Below, in pieces: positions 51,901 through 60,982 of a stretch of DNA of 64,000 nucleotides. Origin of the DNA: Myxococcota bacterium. Lineage in GTDB: Bacteria > Myxococcota_A > UBA9160 > UBA6930. The DNA lies in the NCBI GenBank assembly GCA_965223705.1, contig OZ245015.1:672001-736000 (forward strand), in the 5' to 3' direction. A program made the translations under genes and the position numbers. The notes beneath the pieces are model-generated. The model ran no database searches, was not told the DNA's origin, and was given only the letters and a program-made list of their open reading frames with translations. The number at the start of each line of letters is the position of its first letter. Within the stretch, counting starts at the first letter, position 1.

Positions 51901-54141
51901 TCAGCGAGATTCTTCCGCGGAGGACGCGTCTTCTTTCAACCACGCCTCGCGTCGACTGAGTGCGAGCTCCGCGGCCCGCTTGAGCTGTGCGTCTCGACTT
52001 TCACCGACCCGCGACAACGCGGCCGCGGCGTCGTCTCCGGGGATCTTGGCCAAAGCGCCGATCGCCGTGAGCTTGAGCTCCCGCAACTTGCGGCGGCCGA
52101 AGCGTTTCTTTCTTTGCAGGAGCTCCGCCAAGATCGGCGCGCACTCGGGCTGGCCCTGTTTGCCGAGCGCAAAAATCACTTCTTTCGCGCTCTCGTTGTC
52201 GTCTTCCGCAAGGCAAGAAGCGAGGGCTTGCGCCAAGGTCTCGCGCACTCCGGGGCCCTGGCAGCGGCCGAGCGCCACCGCGGCTTGGCGTCGCAGCTCG
52301 TCGCGTCCGTGAAGCAGGGCTCCGCGCAAGGCGTTGACAGCTTCGGCGTCGTCGCGGTTTGCGAGCGCACCCGCCGCTTCTTCGCGGATCGCGCCCTGTT
52401 CGTGGTTCAGCAATTTCGCGAGGGGCCCAACCGGAGCGGGTAAGTTGAACTCTCGCAGCAACCGAGCCGTAGAGAGCAGCGACGCCGGGTCGGAGTTCAT
52501 GAGCTGGGCCAAGACCGCATCGCGCGCGGGCTCACCCAAGCTCGCAAAGAGCTTCGCGCCGGCTTGCCGGCGATCTTCGTCGCGCTCTTTGACGAGGTCC
52601 CGAAGGAGGACGGGCGCCGTACGCTCCGGGAGGGCCTGCAGGATCTTCGCCGCTGGGCCTTCCGAGTCGCCGTCCTCGAGACTCCGTTCGAGCCAGTTCT
52701 CGAGTCCTCCGTCGTGCGCGAGAGAATTGAGGCCCCGCAGTGCGTGTTCGCCGCGCGGCGTACCGTCGAACTCCTCTGCGTGGCCGGCGAGGAGCAGCGC
52801 GAGGTCGAAGGACACTTCTGAACGATCCGTCGGGAGCGCGTACAACACGGCTTCGAGGGTAGGCTCGTAGGCGGTCTCGTCGGCCGCTCCCAGCTGGACA
52901 AGCAATTCGTCGTAGTCGGTGGTGTTCTCGCCGAGAGGTGCGTCTCTCGGCGCGGGCGGTTCCGCGACCACCGGCGCCGACGGCGCGACCGTTCCGTCGT
53001 CGGTTTCCAGCTGCGGCAGAGCGGACGCTTCGCCGTCGTCACGCTCGTCGATCTCGAGTTGCGGTAGCTCCGTATCGTCGGAGAAATCGGCGACTGTCTG
53101 TGCGTTCGCGTCGAGCTCGCTCCCGGTATCGAGGTCGGTGATTTCCGCACCTTCGTCGGTTTCGAGAACGTCGGCGTCGGTTTCGCCGGGATCGAGCGGC
53201 TGCGTGTCTCCCGCCGCGAGCGGCTGCGTGTCGCTCGCCCGGTTCGTCGAGGTCTCGGAGGTCGGCGGGAGCGCGCGCGCGAAACGTTCGCTCGTCAGAT
53301 CGGAGAGTGTGTCGAAGAGGCTCGACATCTCGCTGTCCGCGAGGGGAATCGGTGCCGGCCGGTACGGGTTCGTGTGTCGCTCCGGAGGAGCTGCGTCGGA
53401 CACGGGCTCGTCGAGCTCCATGGGGCTCGGTTCCGGCGTTGCATTCGTCAAGATCGAATCGTCTTCCGCCACGGGTTCGGACTCGATGGAATCAGTTTCC
53501 GCCACGGAACCGGTTCCGGCGACGGTGTTGTACCCGGCGGAATCGGCTTCCCCGATGGTGTCGTACCCGGCGGAATCGGCTTCCCCGATGGTGTCATCCG
53601 CGACGTCGGGAAGCGGGATGAGCTGGTCGAGGGCGCGAAGCGAAGGCTGCTCCTCGGGCTTTTCCTCTTCGACCACGTCGCGCAATGGCGGGGGCGCGGA
53701 GGGCGCGACACCGTTGATCAGCAGGCCGCTCGGCGCCCGCCGGTAGACCGACCAGGCAAAGCCACCTTCGCGCTCGATATCTTCGTTTCTCATCACGAGC
53801 GCTTCGAAGAACGCCGCGAAGGCATCGGCCTCGAGGTCGCTCGAAAAACGCAGTTCGCAGGCTCCCCGGTCCAGCAGGGCGTTGTGGAACTTCCCGAGTT
53901 CGCGTTGCATCGCCGGCGGCTCGCCACAGCCGGTGTGCATGCCGTCGGCGTCGATCGCAACGGACAGGTCACCGTGGCGATCCAGATCCGCTCGCCACAG
54001 TTTGAAGGCGCGGTCGAACATGGAAACCAGGCGCCGATCACCGGGGCCATAGTGGGCCCGCGCACGATGTACGCGCGCCGCTTCGAGTAGTAGAGCCGAG
54101 GTGTCCGAAGACACCCGGTTGGCACGGGACATTTCCGTCAT
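51901..54141 (-). CDS. HEAT-repeat protein with a long acidic linker
   Basis: C-terminal HEAT repeats (IREEAAGALA, LRRQAAVALG, AIGALAKI); central Asp/Glu/Pro-rich region. Confidence 0.75.
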   Translation of the reverse strand: MTEMSRANRVSSDTSALLLEAARVHRARAHYGPGDRRLVSMFDRAFKLWRADLDRHGDLSVAIDADGMHTGCGEPPAMQRELGKFHNALLDRGACELRFSSDLEADAFAAFFEALVMRNEDIEREGGFAWSVYRRAPSGLLINGVAPSAPPPLRDVVEEEKPEEQPSLRALDQLIPLPDVADDTIGEADSAGYDTIGEADSAGYNTVAGTGSVAETDSIESEPVAEDDSILTNATPEPSPMELDEPVSDAAPPERHTNPYRPAPIPLADSEMSSLFDTLSDLTSERFARALPPTSETSTNRASDTQPLAAGDTQPLDPGETDADVLETDEGAEITDLDTGSELDANAQTVADFSDDTELPQLEIDERDDGEASALPQLETDDGTVAPSAPVVAEPPAPRDAPLGENTTDYDELLVQLGAADETAYEPTLEAVLYALPTDRSEVSFDLALLLAGHAEEFDGTPRGEHALRGLNSLAHDGGLENWLERSLEDGDSEGPAAKILQALPERTAPVLLRDLVKERDEDRRQAGAKLFASLGEPARDAVLAQLMNSDPASLLSTARLLREFNLPAPVGPLAKLLNHEQGAIREEAAGALANRDDAEAVNALRGALLHGRDELRRQAAVALGRCQGPGVRETLAQALASCLAEDDNESAKEVIFALGKQGQPECAPILAELLQRKKRFGRRKLRELKLTAIGALAKIPGDDAAAALSRVGESRDAQLKRAAELALSRREAWLKEDASSAEESR
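53530..53595. repeat. Exact 33-bp tandem duplication (in frame; DTIGEADSAGY x2)
   Basis: GTACCCGGCGGAATCGGCTTCCCCGATGGTGTC at 53530-53562 and 53563-53595. Confidence 0.92.
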
Positions 54142-54321
54142 TCGGATTTCCGAGACGTTCCTTCGGAGTTATACCGACTCATCGTCCCGTTTCCCGGGCC
54201 GCTTGACCGGGCACCGAGACGCGGTGCTTTTCCCCGTCGGTGACCCGCGATAAATTCTTCATGAGAGAGCCCCCCCGGTCTCTCAGCATCGGACGGCCTC
54301 ATCCCAGTCGGCCTGAAGCGG

Positions 54322-54900
54322 TTGCACACACCGCTCTCGGGCGGCGAGGGTATCGTTTCAGAATCCACACTCACAGAGCGGGCCGCGGTGATCCTCGCCA
54401 CTTGGGGGGGTGTAGGATTTTTGCCGCGCGCGCCCGGTACCTGGGCTTCGTTGTGTGCGGTCGGCATTTTCGTGTTATTTTCGCCGTCGAGGGTTTGGGG
54501 TTGGCTCATCGCGTGCACCGCTGCCAGCGCGCTCGGTGTCTGGGCTTCCGCAATCGCCGAACGGGTGTTCGAACGCGCCGACGACGGCCGCATTGTAATC
54601 GACGAGATCGCGGGTCAATGGATCGCCTTGTTGCCCTTGGCGGCTCTGGCCACACCTCCCTTGGGAGAGGGGGCCGCGATGCGGGAGGGCGTTTTTTGGG
54701 GAGGGGCTGTGACCGCATTCGTCGCTTTCCGGTGCTTTGATATCTGGAAGCCGGGCCCGATTCGGCGCGCCGACAGTGGCGCCTGGGTCGGAAAACGCGG
54801 CGGAGTGTCGGTCATGCTCGACGATGTTTTGGCTGGTGTTGCGGCGGCCTTGGTTGTCACGGCATACCTGGGACTGGCGGGCGCACTGGGGACGATGTGA
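54322..54900 (+). CDS. pgpA: Phosphatidylglycerophosphatase A
   Basis: APGTWAS, DDGRIVIDEIAG, FRCFDIWKPGPI, VMLDDVLAG. Start uncertain. Confidence 0.9.
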   Translation: MHTPLSGGEGIVSESTLTERAAVILATWGGVGFLPRAPGTWASLCAVGIFVLFSPSRVWGWLIACTAASALGVWASAIAERVFERADDGRIVIDEIAGQWIALLPLAALATPPLGEGAAMREGVFWGGAVTAFVAFRCFDIWKPGPIRRADSGAWVGKRGGVSVMLDDVLAGVAAALVVTAYLGLAGALGTM

Positions 54901-56186
54901 TGAAAGCGGAAGTGCTGACCATCGGCGACGAACTCCTCCGCGGTGAGATCGTCGATTCGAACAAGAGCTTTTTGTCCGATCGTCTGCTGCAGCTCGACAT
55001 CGAGACCCGCTTCCACACTACTGTCGCCGACGACCGGGAGGATATCGAGCGCGCCTTTCGACAGGCCGCAGAACGCTCCGACGTCGTCCTTGTTTCGGGC
55101 GGCTTAGGGCCCACCCGCGACGACATCACCGTCGCGGTTCTAGCGGAGACCTTCGGGCTCGAGCTCGTCCTCGACGAGGCAGCCCTCGCCGAACTCGAGG
55201 CGTTTTTCGAGCGGCTGGGGCGCAAAATGGCCGAGCTCAACCGCAAACAAGTGTATTTCCCCGAAGGCGCCGAGATCCTCGCGAATCCGATCGGCACGGC
55301 TCCGGGCTGCATGGTCGAGCAGGGTCGAGCTCTGATTTTCTGCATGCCCGGCGTCCCCCGAGAGCTCTACCGCATGATGGACGAGCAAGTCCTCCCCCGC
55401 ATCGCCTCGCGGATGTCCCAAGGCATGGTCGTCCGCGCTCGTCTGCTGCGAACGTTCGGCATCGGAGAATCGAACCTCGACGAAGAGCTCGGCGACATCG
55501 CGCGCGACGATCCGAACGTGAGCCTCGGGTTTCGGACCTCGTTTCCCGACAATTACTTGCGCCCCGTCGTGCGCGCACCGAACGAGGCCGAGGCCGAGGC
55601 CAAGCTCTCGGCTGTTTGTGAGGCGATCCGGTCGCGCCTGGGCTTTTTGGTCTACGGGGAGGGGGAAACCTCTCTTCCCGAGGTCGTTGGCGAAGGGCTC
55701 GTCGAGGCCGGCAAAACCCTGGCGACGGCCGAATCGTGTACCGGCGGTCTCATCGCTCAGCGGATTACCGACATCCCGGGATCCTCTCGCTACTTCCTCG
55801 GCGGCGTGGCCGCTTATGCGAATGAGGCGAAGCGCGAGCTCCTCGGAGTGGACGAACTGCTTTTGAAAGAACACGGAGCGGTCTCCGAGCCCGTCGCTCG
55901 GGCGATGGCCGAAGGCGCCCGCGCGCGGTTCGGCGCGGATATCGCCGTGTCGACTACCGGAATCTCCGGGCCCGGCGGAGGCAGCGAGGAAAAGCCCGTC
56001 GGCTTGGTATGGATGGCGCTTGCCGACGCTTCGGGCACTGAATCTCACGACTACGTCATACGGCTCGATCGGAGCCGCCACCGGGAACTCACGGCGCAGC
56101 TGGCGCTCGATTGGGTGCGCCGTCGGTTGATGGGTGTGCCGCGAGCGGCGCCGCGTTTTCTGGCGCGACCGGGTTCTTCGACATGA
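54897..56186 (+). CDS. cinA: Competence/damage-inducible protein A (MoCF + PncC)
   Basis: IGDELLRG, GGLGPTRDD, PGVPRE, AESCTGG, TTGISGPGGG. Confidence 0.95.
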   Translation: MMKAEVLTIGDELLRGEIVDSNKSFLSDRLLQLDIETRFHTTVADDREDIERAFRQAAERSDVVLVSGGLGPTRDDITVAVLAETFGLELVLDEAALAELEAFFERLGRKMAELNRKQVYFPEGAEILANPIGTAPGCMVEQGRALIFCMPGVPRELYRMMDEQVLPRIASRMSQGMVVRARLLRTFGIGESNLDEELGDIARDDPNVSLGFRTSFPDNYLRPVVRAPNEAEAEAKLSAVCEAIRSRLGFLVYGEGETSLPEVVGEGLVEAGKTLATAESCTGGLIAQRITDIPGSSRYFLGGVAAYANEAKRELLGVDELLLKEHGAVSEPVARAMAEGARARFGADIAVSTTGISGPGGGSEEKPVGLVWMALADASGTESHDYVIRLDRSRHRELTAQLALDWVRRRLMGVPRAAPRFLARPGSST

Positions 56187-56830
56187 GTATCCACAAGGGT
56201 GTGTCCTCGCCGCTGCGCGCATTCGTCGGGGTTTCGGTCCCGGCCTCGGTTCGTCGCGAGCTCGCCGCGCGGGTGGCCGGCTTGCGGCGTGCGTCCGAGG
56301 GCAGCTCCGATCAACGCGGGTGGGTTCGCACGGCGAACTATCACGTGACGTTGCGTTTTCTCGGCAACGTGGCGCGAGATGACGTCGCTGAAATCGAGCG
56401 CCGTCTCGAGGCGGCGCTTGCGGAGCATCCACCGTTTCTCGTCGAAACCGGCGAAATGTTCTGGCTGCGCGCTCATCGCAACCGCTCGGTCTTGGCTCTG
56501 TCGCTCCTGCCCGAAGGTTCGCTGCAAGAACTCGCCTCTCGCGTTGCGACGGCGTTTTCCGCAAACCGCGGGGACGATCGTCCTTTTGTTCCGCACTTGA
56601 CCCTGGCGCGGCTCCCGCGAGCTGTGCGCCGGACGCTTCGCATGGGCGCGCTCAGCTCCGACTCGATGTCGTGCTCTTGGGAAGTACGCGAAGTGACACT
56701 GTTCGAAAGCCGACAGACGGCGAAGGGTGTTTCCTACGAAACGCTTGCTTCGATACCGCTAAGCGTCCCGAACCTCACACCCCGCATTGTCCACCAAGGA
56801 GAACCATATGGCCCGCAACGATTCCAGTGA
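56183..56830 (+). CDS. thpR: RNA 2',3'-cyclic phosphodiesterase (2H)
   Basis: Two HxT motifs, YHVTLRFLG and PHLTLAR. Confidence 0.88.
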   Translation: MSIHKGVSSPLRAFVGVSVPASVRRELAARVAGLRRASEGSSDQRGWVRTANYHVTLRFLGNVARDDVAEIERRLEAALAEHPPFLVETGEMFWLRAHRNRSVLALSLLPEGSLQELASRVATAFSANRGDDRPFVPHLTLARLPRAVRRTLRMGALSSDSMSCSWEVREVTLFESRQTAKGVSYETLASIPLSVPNLTPRIVHQGEPYGPQRFQ

Positions 56831-57914
56831 CCGCAAGTCTGCAAGTGTGTCCGATATCAAACCAGGCGGTGCACGCGACAAAGCGATCGCACTGGCCCTT
56901 TCAACCATCGAAAAGCAATTCGGTAAAGGCGCCATCCTCACGATGAACGAGGATGCGGTCGACCCCGAAGCCGAAGCTTTCTCAAGTGGTTCGCCGAGCC
57001 TCGATTTCGCGCTCGGCATCGGCGGGTATCCGCGCGGTCGGGTGATCGAGATCTTCGGCCCGGAGTCGAGCGGCAAGACGACGCTCACGCTCCACGCGGT
57101 GGCCGAAGTGCAACGAACCGGTGGTGTCGCGGCGTTTATCGACGCAGAGCACGCGCTCGATGTGCACTATGCGCGCCGACTCGGGGTGAACGTCGAAGAT
57201 CTCCTCGTGTCGCAACCCGACACCGGTGAGCAGGCGCTCGAAATCGCCGACGTGCTCTTGCGGTCCGGCGCTGTCGATCTCGTGGTCATCGACTCGGTGG
57301 CCGCGCTGGTGCCTCGGGCGGAAATCGAAGGCGAAATGGGTGATACCCACGTCGGCCTTCAGGCGCGCCTGATGAGTCAAGCACTTCGGAAGCTCACCGG
57401 GACCGTCTCGAAATCGAACGCAACCGTCATGTTCATCAACCAGATCCGCATGAAGATCGGCGTGATGTTCGGAAACCCCGAGACAACGAGCGGCGGAAAC
57501 GCACTGAAATTCTACTCGTCGGTGCGCCTCGACGTGCGACGCATCGCCGCTTTGAAAGACGGCGACGAAGTGGTGGGCAACCGCACACGGGTCAAAGTCG
57601 TCAAGAACAAAGTCGCTCCTCCCTTCCGCCAAGCGGAGTTCGACATTTTGTACAACCAGGGAATTTCCCTCGAAGGGGATCTCATCGATCTAGGTGTGGA
57701 CGCGGGCCAGATCGAAAAGAGCGGCTCGTGGTACTCCTATGATGGGGAGCGCATCGGTCAAGGTCGCGAGAACGCGCGGCGCTTCTTGCGGGAGAACGTC
57801 GATATTCGCGAACGCATCGCTGAGGCGGTGTATCTGGCCAAGGGCCTGAAGCGGAGAGTGCGCGCTCGGGAGGAGGAACAAGAGCCGGCGGAGGCCGAAG
57901 CGAAGGAGGCCTAG
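56808..57914 (+). CDS. recA: Recombinase A
   Basis: [38 protein letters not shown]. Confidence 0.99.
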   Translation: MARNDSSDRKSASVSDIKPGGARDKAIALALSTIEKQFGKGAILTMNEDAVDPEAEAFSSGSPSLDFALGIGGYPRGRVIEIFGPESSGKTTLTLHAVAEVQRTGGVAAFIDAEHALDVHYARRLGVNVEDLLVSQPDTGEQALEIADVLLRSGAVDLVVIDSVAALVPRAEIEGEMGDTHVGLQARLMSQALRKLTGTVSKSNATVMFINQIRMKIGVMFGNPETTSGGNALKFYSSVRLDVRRIAALKDGDEVVGNRTRVKVVKNKVAPPFRQAEFDILYNQGISLEGDLIDLGVDAGQIEKSGSWYSYDGERIGQGRENARRFLRENVDIRERIAEAVYLAKGLKRRVRAREEEQEPAEAEAKEA

Positions 57915-59518
57915 TCGACGAGCGCGGGCAGTCGGTGCAGGCCGAGTGTGGAAACCCCGATCACGCGAAGCGGCGTTTCCATCGGGAAGGGCGGAGCATC
58001 GAGGATCTCGGTACGGCCCGTTTCGGTTGGCACCTCAAGTCTCGCCGCCCGGCCCGGCCCCAAGACCAGGCGGAACGCGGCTTTGGGGTCGAGCTTCGAG
58101 CGCTCGAGTGCGGTCTGCAGCGTCTCCGCGTAGTCTGGAAAACCGGCGCGCAGTTGCGACGCGGGGATGTCGCGGCTCGTTTGACAGGTACTGGGCCCCG
58201 CCGCCGTGGCGAGGGACTCCCACGTCCCCGCGCGGAGGTCGATGCTCACCAGCTGACAGCCGCCGTCGACATAGCGGAGGTCCACGGCCCGGTCCCCGCG
58301 CTGCGTCAGAGCGAATTCAGGGCGTCCGAAGCGCCCGGTGCGTCCACAGGCTTCGCCGGGAAGACGCGCTTCCACCGTTGCGCCGCCCGGGCGGGTCACG
58401 CGCAGGACGGTGGTCGGAAGACCGGTGTTCGGGTCGACCCGTTGGTGTCGGGTGAAGGTCCGGTCGCGCCAGCGAAGTGCGGCGCGGTCGTGTCGGTCCT
58501 CGTCGCCGGCGACCACGGGGTCGATCCGCGTCGCCGCGTTCGCAGGGGCGGCGGGGTCGACGGGCTTCGGAGTAGCCGTCCAGCGCACTCCCTGTGGCGT
58601 GGGGCTCGGCGGTCGTGAGGCCGGCAGTGCAGCGGAGTCTCGCGCGGTGCGGTCAAACAACACGCGGGCGAAGCGACCCATGCCCGGTGGAGTCCGAGAC
58701 GTGCTCGGGCGGTCTGGATCGCGCCACTGAAGGCTTTCTTCGAGCCAGGCGAGTTCTCCGTCGGAGATCCAGGCCAGCCGACCCACTTCGGGCCGCAGGC
58801 GGACCGGCGCCGCATGGGCGATGACCGGGGGGCCATGTTCTCCCAGCTCGAGGATCTGGAGACGGAGCGTCGTCGTCGCATCCCTCTGGCGCGTCACCAT
58901 ACGAGCGAGGTGAACGCCGTCGGGCGCAAGCGCTGCGTCGAGGACGGGGCCCCGACAATTCATCCCGAAACCGAAGGGACGCTTGGCCGCTATCGATCCC
59001 GAATCGCGCGGTTCATCCCGAGCGATCGCGACCTCCTGCAACGCGTTCCAGGCCTTCCAGAAGCCGGGCGCCTCGCGGGGCGCCGCCGGGACCGGTCGAC
59101 AAGAGTCGCGGCGAGCTTCGGCGGTTACGCCGTCGCGTAGCACCACTCGGACAGAGCCGTCATCGAGGGCCGCTGCGCGGTCGGCGCACGAGAAACCGTC
59201 TCGGATCACGCCGACGACCGCGCTCCTCGCTTCAAACCAGGGCCAGGCGGAGAATCCATCCTTGTGGAGATTTCCGAAGCGAAAGCGGCCGTTCTCGTCG
59301 GTCGTGGCTTCACGGTGACCCAGAAGATCCCATTCTCCGAGGATCTCGTCGTAGCTCCCGTCGAATCGGACGACCACGTGAGCTCCGGCTATGGGTTCGC
59401 CACGGGTGTCGACGACCGCGCCGTGAAGTCCGGGCGCACGCTTGAGGGGTAGGGGGATGCACCCGGTTGCTCCTGCGAGCAAGCCGGTTGCGAGGATCGC
59501 GGCGGCCCAGACGCGCAT
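57911..59518 (-). CDS. Hypothetical lipoprotein (carboxypeptidase-regulatory-like N-domain)
   Basis: Lipobox-like [26 protein letters not shown]...[10 protein letters not shown]; several Cys. Confidence 0.6.
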   Translation of the reverse strand: MRVWAAAILATGLLAGATGCIPLPLKRAPGLHGAVVDTRGEPIAGAHVVVRFDGSYDEILGEWDLLGHREATTDENGRFRFGNLHKDGFSAWPWFEARSAVVGVIRDGFSCADRAAALDDGSVRVVLRDGVTAEARRDSCRPVPAAPREAPGFWKAWNALQEVAIARDEPRDSGSIAAKRPFGFGMNCRGPVLDAALAPDGVHLARMVTRQRDATTTLRLQILELGEHGPPVIAHAAPVRLRPEVGRLAWISDGELAWLEESLQWRDPDRPSTSRTPPGMGRFARVLFDRTARDSAALPASRPPSPTPQGVRWTATPKPVDPAAPANAATRIDPVVAGDEDRHDRAALRWRDRTFTRHQRVDPNTGLPTTVLRVTRPGGATVEARLPGEACGRTGRFGRPEFALTQRGDRAVDLRYVDGGCQLVSIDLRAGTWESLATAAGPSTCQTSRDIPASQLRAGFPDYAETLQTALERSKLDPKAAFRLVLGPGRAARLEVPTETGRTEILDAPPFPMETPLRVIGVSTLGLHRLPALVD

Positions 59519-59745
59519 GGGTTCGGGATCGGCGGTCGATCCTTCCAACTTGAGATGCGTTTCCCCGAGGGTTCACGAGGATTTCTGGATTCCGATGCCT
59601 ACGGGCTGCAGCTCGGCGAACCGCTCGGCCCGCCCGCCGTAGGCCAGTGCCATCTCAAGGCAAATGAGCCGCATGTCGAAAGGAATTCCTGGAGTCAACT
59701 CGATTCAACATGGACCCGCGGGTGCGGGGTTCCGGAGACCTTTGA

Positions 59746-60936
59746 ATGCCGATGGAGCTCAACGAGATTCTCAAGATCGCCCTCAAGGGCGGCGCGTCGG
59801 ACATTCACCTCAAGTCCGGATTGCCCCCGATGTTCCGTCTCGATGGGGCGCTCGTTCCGCTGAAGAACGCCGAGCGGCTCTTGCCCGAAGAGCTTCAGAA
59901 AATGGCGTATTCCATCATGAATCCGGTCCAGAAAGCCCGCTTCGAAGAAGCGCGCGACGCCGACTTGGCCTACGGAATCGCCGGCCTCGGACGTTTTCGC
60001 GTCAACGTCTTCCAGCAGCGCGGCACGATCGGGATCGTCTTCCGCGTGATTCCCTTCGGCGTGAAGTCGATCGAGCAACTGCACCTGCCGAAAGTGATCG
60101 AGAAAGTCGCGATGGAAAGCCGCGGACTGATTCTCGTCACGGGGACCACGGGTTCGGGTAAGTCGACGTCTCTCGCCGCAATGATCGACTACATCAACAC
60201 CCACAAGACTTCGCACATCATGACGTGCGAGGACCCCATCGAATTCCTGATTCGGGACCGACGCTCGATCGTGAATCAGCGCGAGATCGGCGTCGACACC
60301 CAGAGCTTCTCGGCCTCCCTGCGCGCCGCTCTGCGGCAGGACCCGGACGTCATCCTGGTCGGCGAGATGCGCGATTTCGAGACGATCGAAACGGCACTCA
60401 CAGCTGCTGAGACCGGACACCTGGTCCTCAGCACGCTTCACACCCTCGATGCCGTCGAGACCGTCAACCGCATTGTCTCGGTGTTTCCCCCGTACCAGCA
60501 GAAGCAGGTAAGGCTGCAGCTGAGCGCCATTCTCAAGGCGGTCATCTCCCAGCGCCTGGTGCCTCGCGCCGACGGCAAGGGTCGCGTCCCCGCCCTCGAA
60601 GTCATGCGCTCGACGGCGCGCGTTCGCGAGTGCATTTCCGACAAGGACCGGACGAAAGAACTCCACGACGCAATTGCGAAGGGCTTCACCACCTACGGAA
60701 TGCAGACCTTCGATCAGTCGCTGATGCACCTCGTCAAAGGCGAGCTCGTGACCTACGACGAGGCCTTGAAGCACGTGTCGAACCCGGACGATTTCGCCCT
60801 GCGGTTCCGCGGAATCGCTTCCACATCCGACGGGACCTGGGACGACTTCGAAGGCGACGACGAGGACAAGGTCGAAGAGACTCTCGAAGAAGAGGTCTCG
60901 GAAGACGGCGCCGCCGACTTCATCGAACGGTTCTAG
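59746..60936 (+). CDS. pilT: Type IV pilus retraction ATPase (PilT/PilU family)
   Basis: ASDIHL, GTTGSGKST, EDPIE, LRQDPDVILVGEMRD, AETGHLVLSTLHT, GMQTFDQSL. Confidence 0.9.
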   Translation: MPMELNEILKIALKGGASDIHLKSGLPPMFRLDGALVPLKNAERLLPEELQKMAYSIMNPVQKARFEEARDADLAYGIAGLGRFRVNVFQQRGTIGIVFRVIPFGVKSIEQLHLPKVIEKVAMESRGLILVTGTTGSGKSTSLAAMIDYINTHKTSHIMTCEDPIEFLIRDRRSIVNQREIGVDTQSFSASLRAALRQDPDVILVGEMRDFETIETALTAAETGHLVLSTLHTLDAVETVNRIVSVFPPYQQKQVRLQLSAILKAVISQRLVPRADGKGRVPALEVMRSTARVRECISDKDRTKELHDAIAKGFTTYGMQTFDQSLMHLVKGELVTYDEALKHVSNPDDFALRFRGIASTSDGTWDDFEGDDEDKVEETLEEEVSEDGAADFIERF

Positions 60937-60982
60937 GCCCCTTACCCGCAGGCAGCTATCCTCCGCTCGAGGAGGTCGCCGT

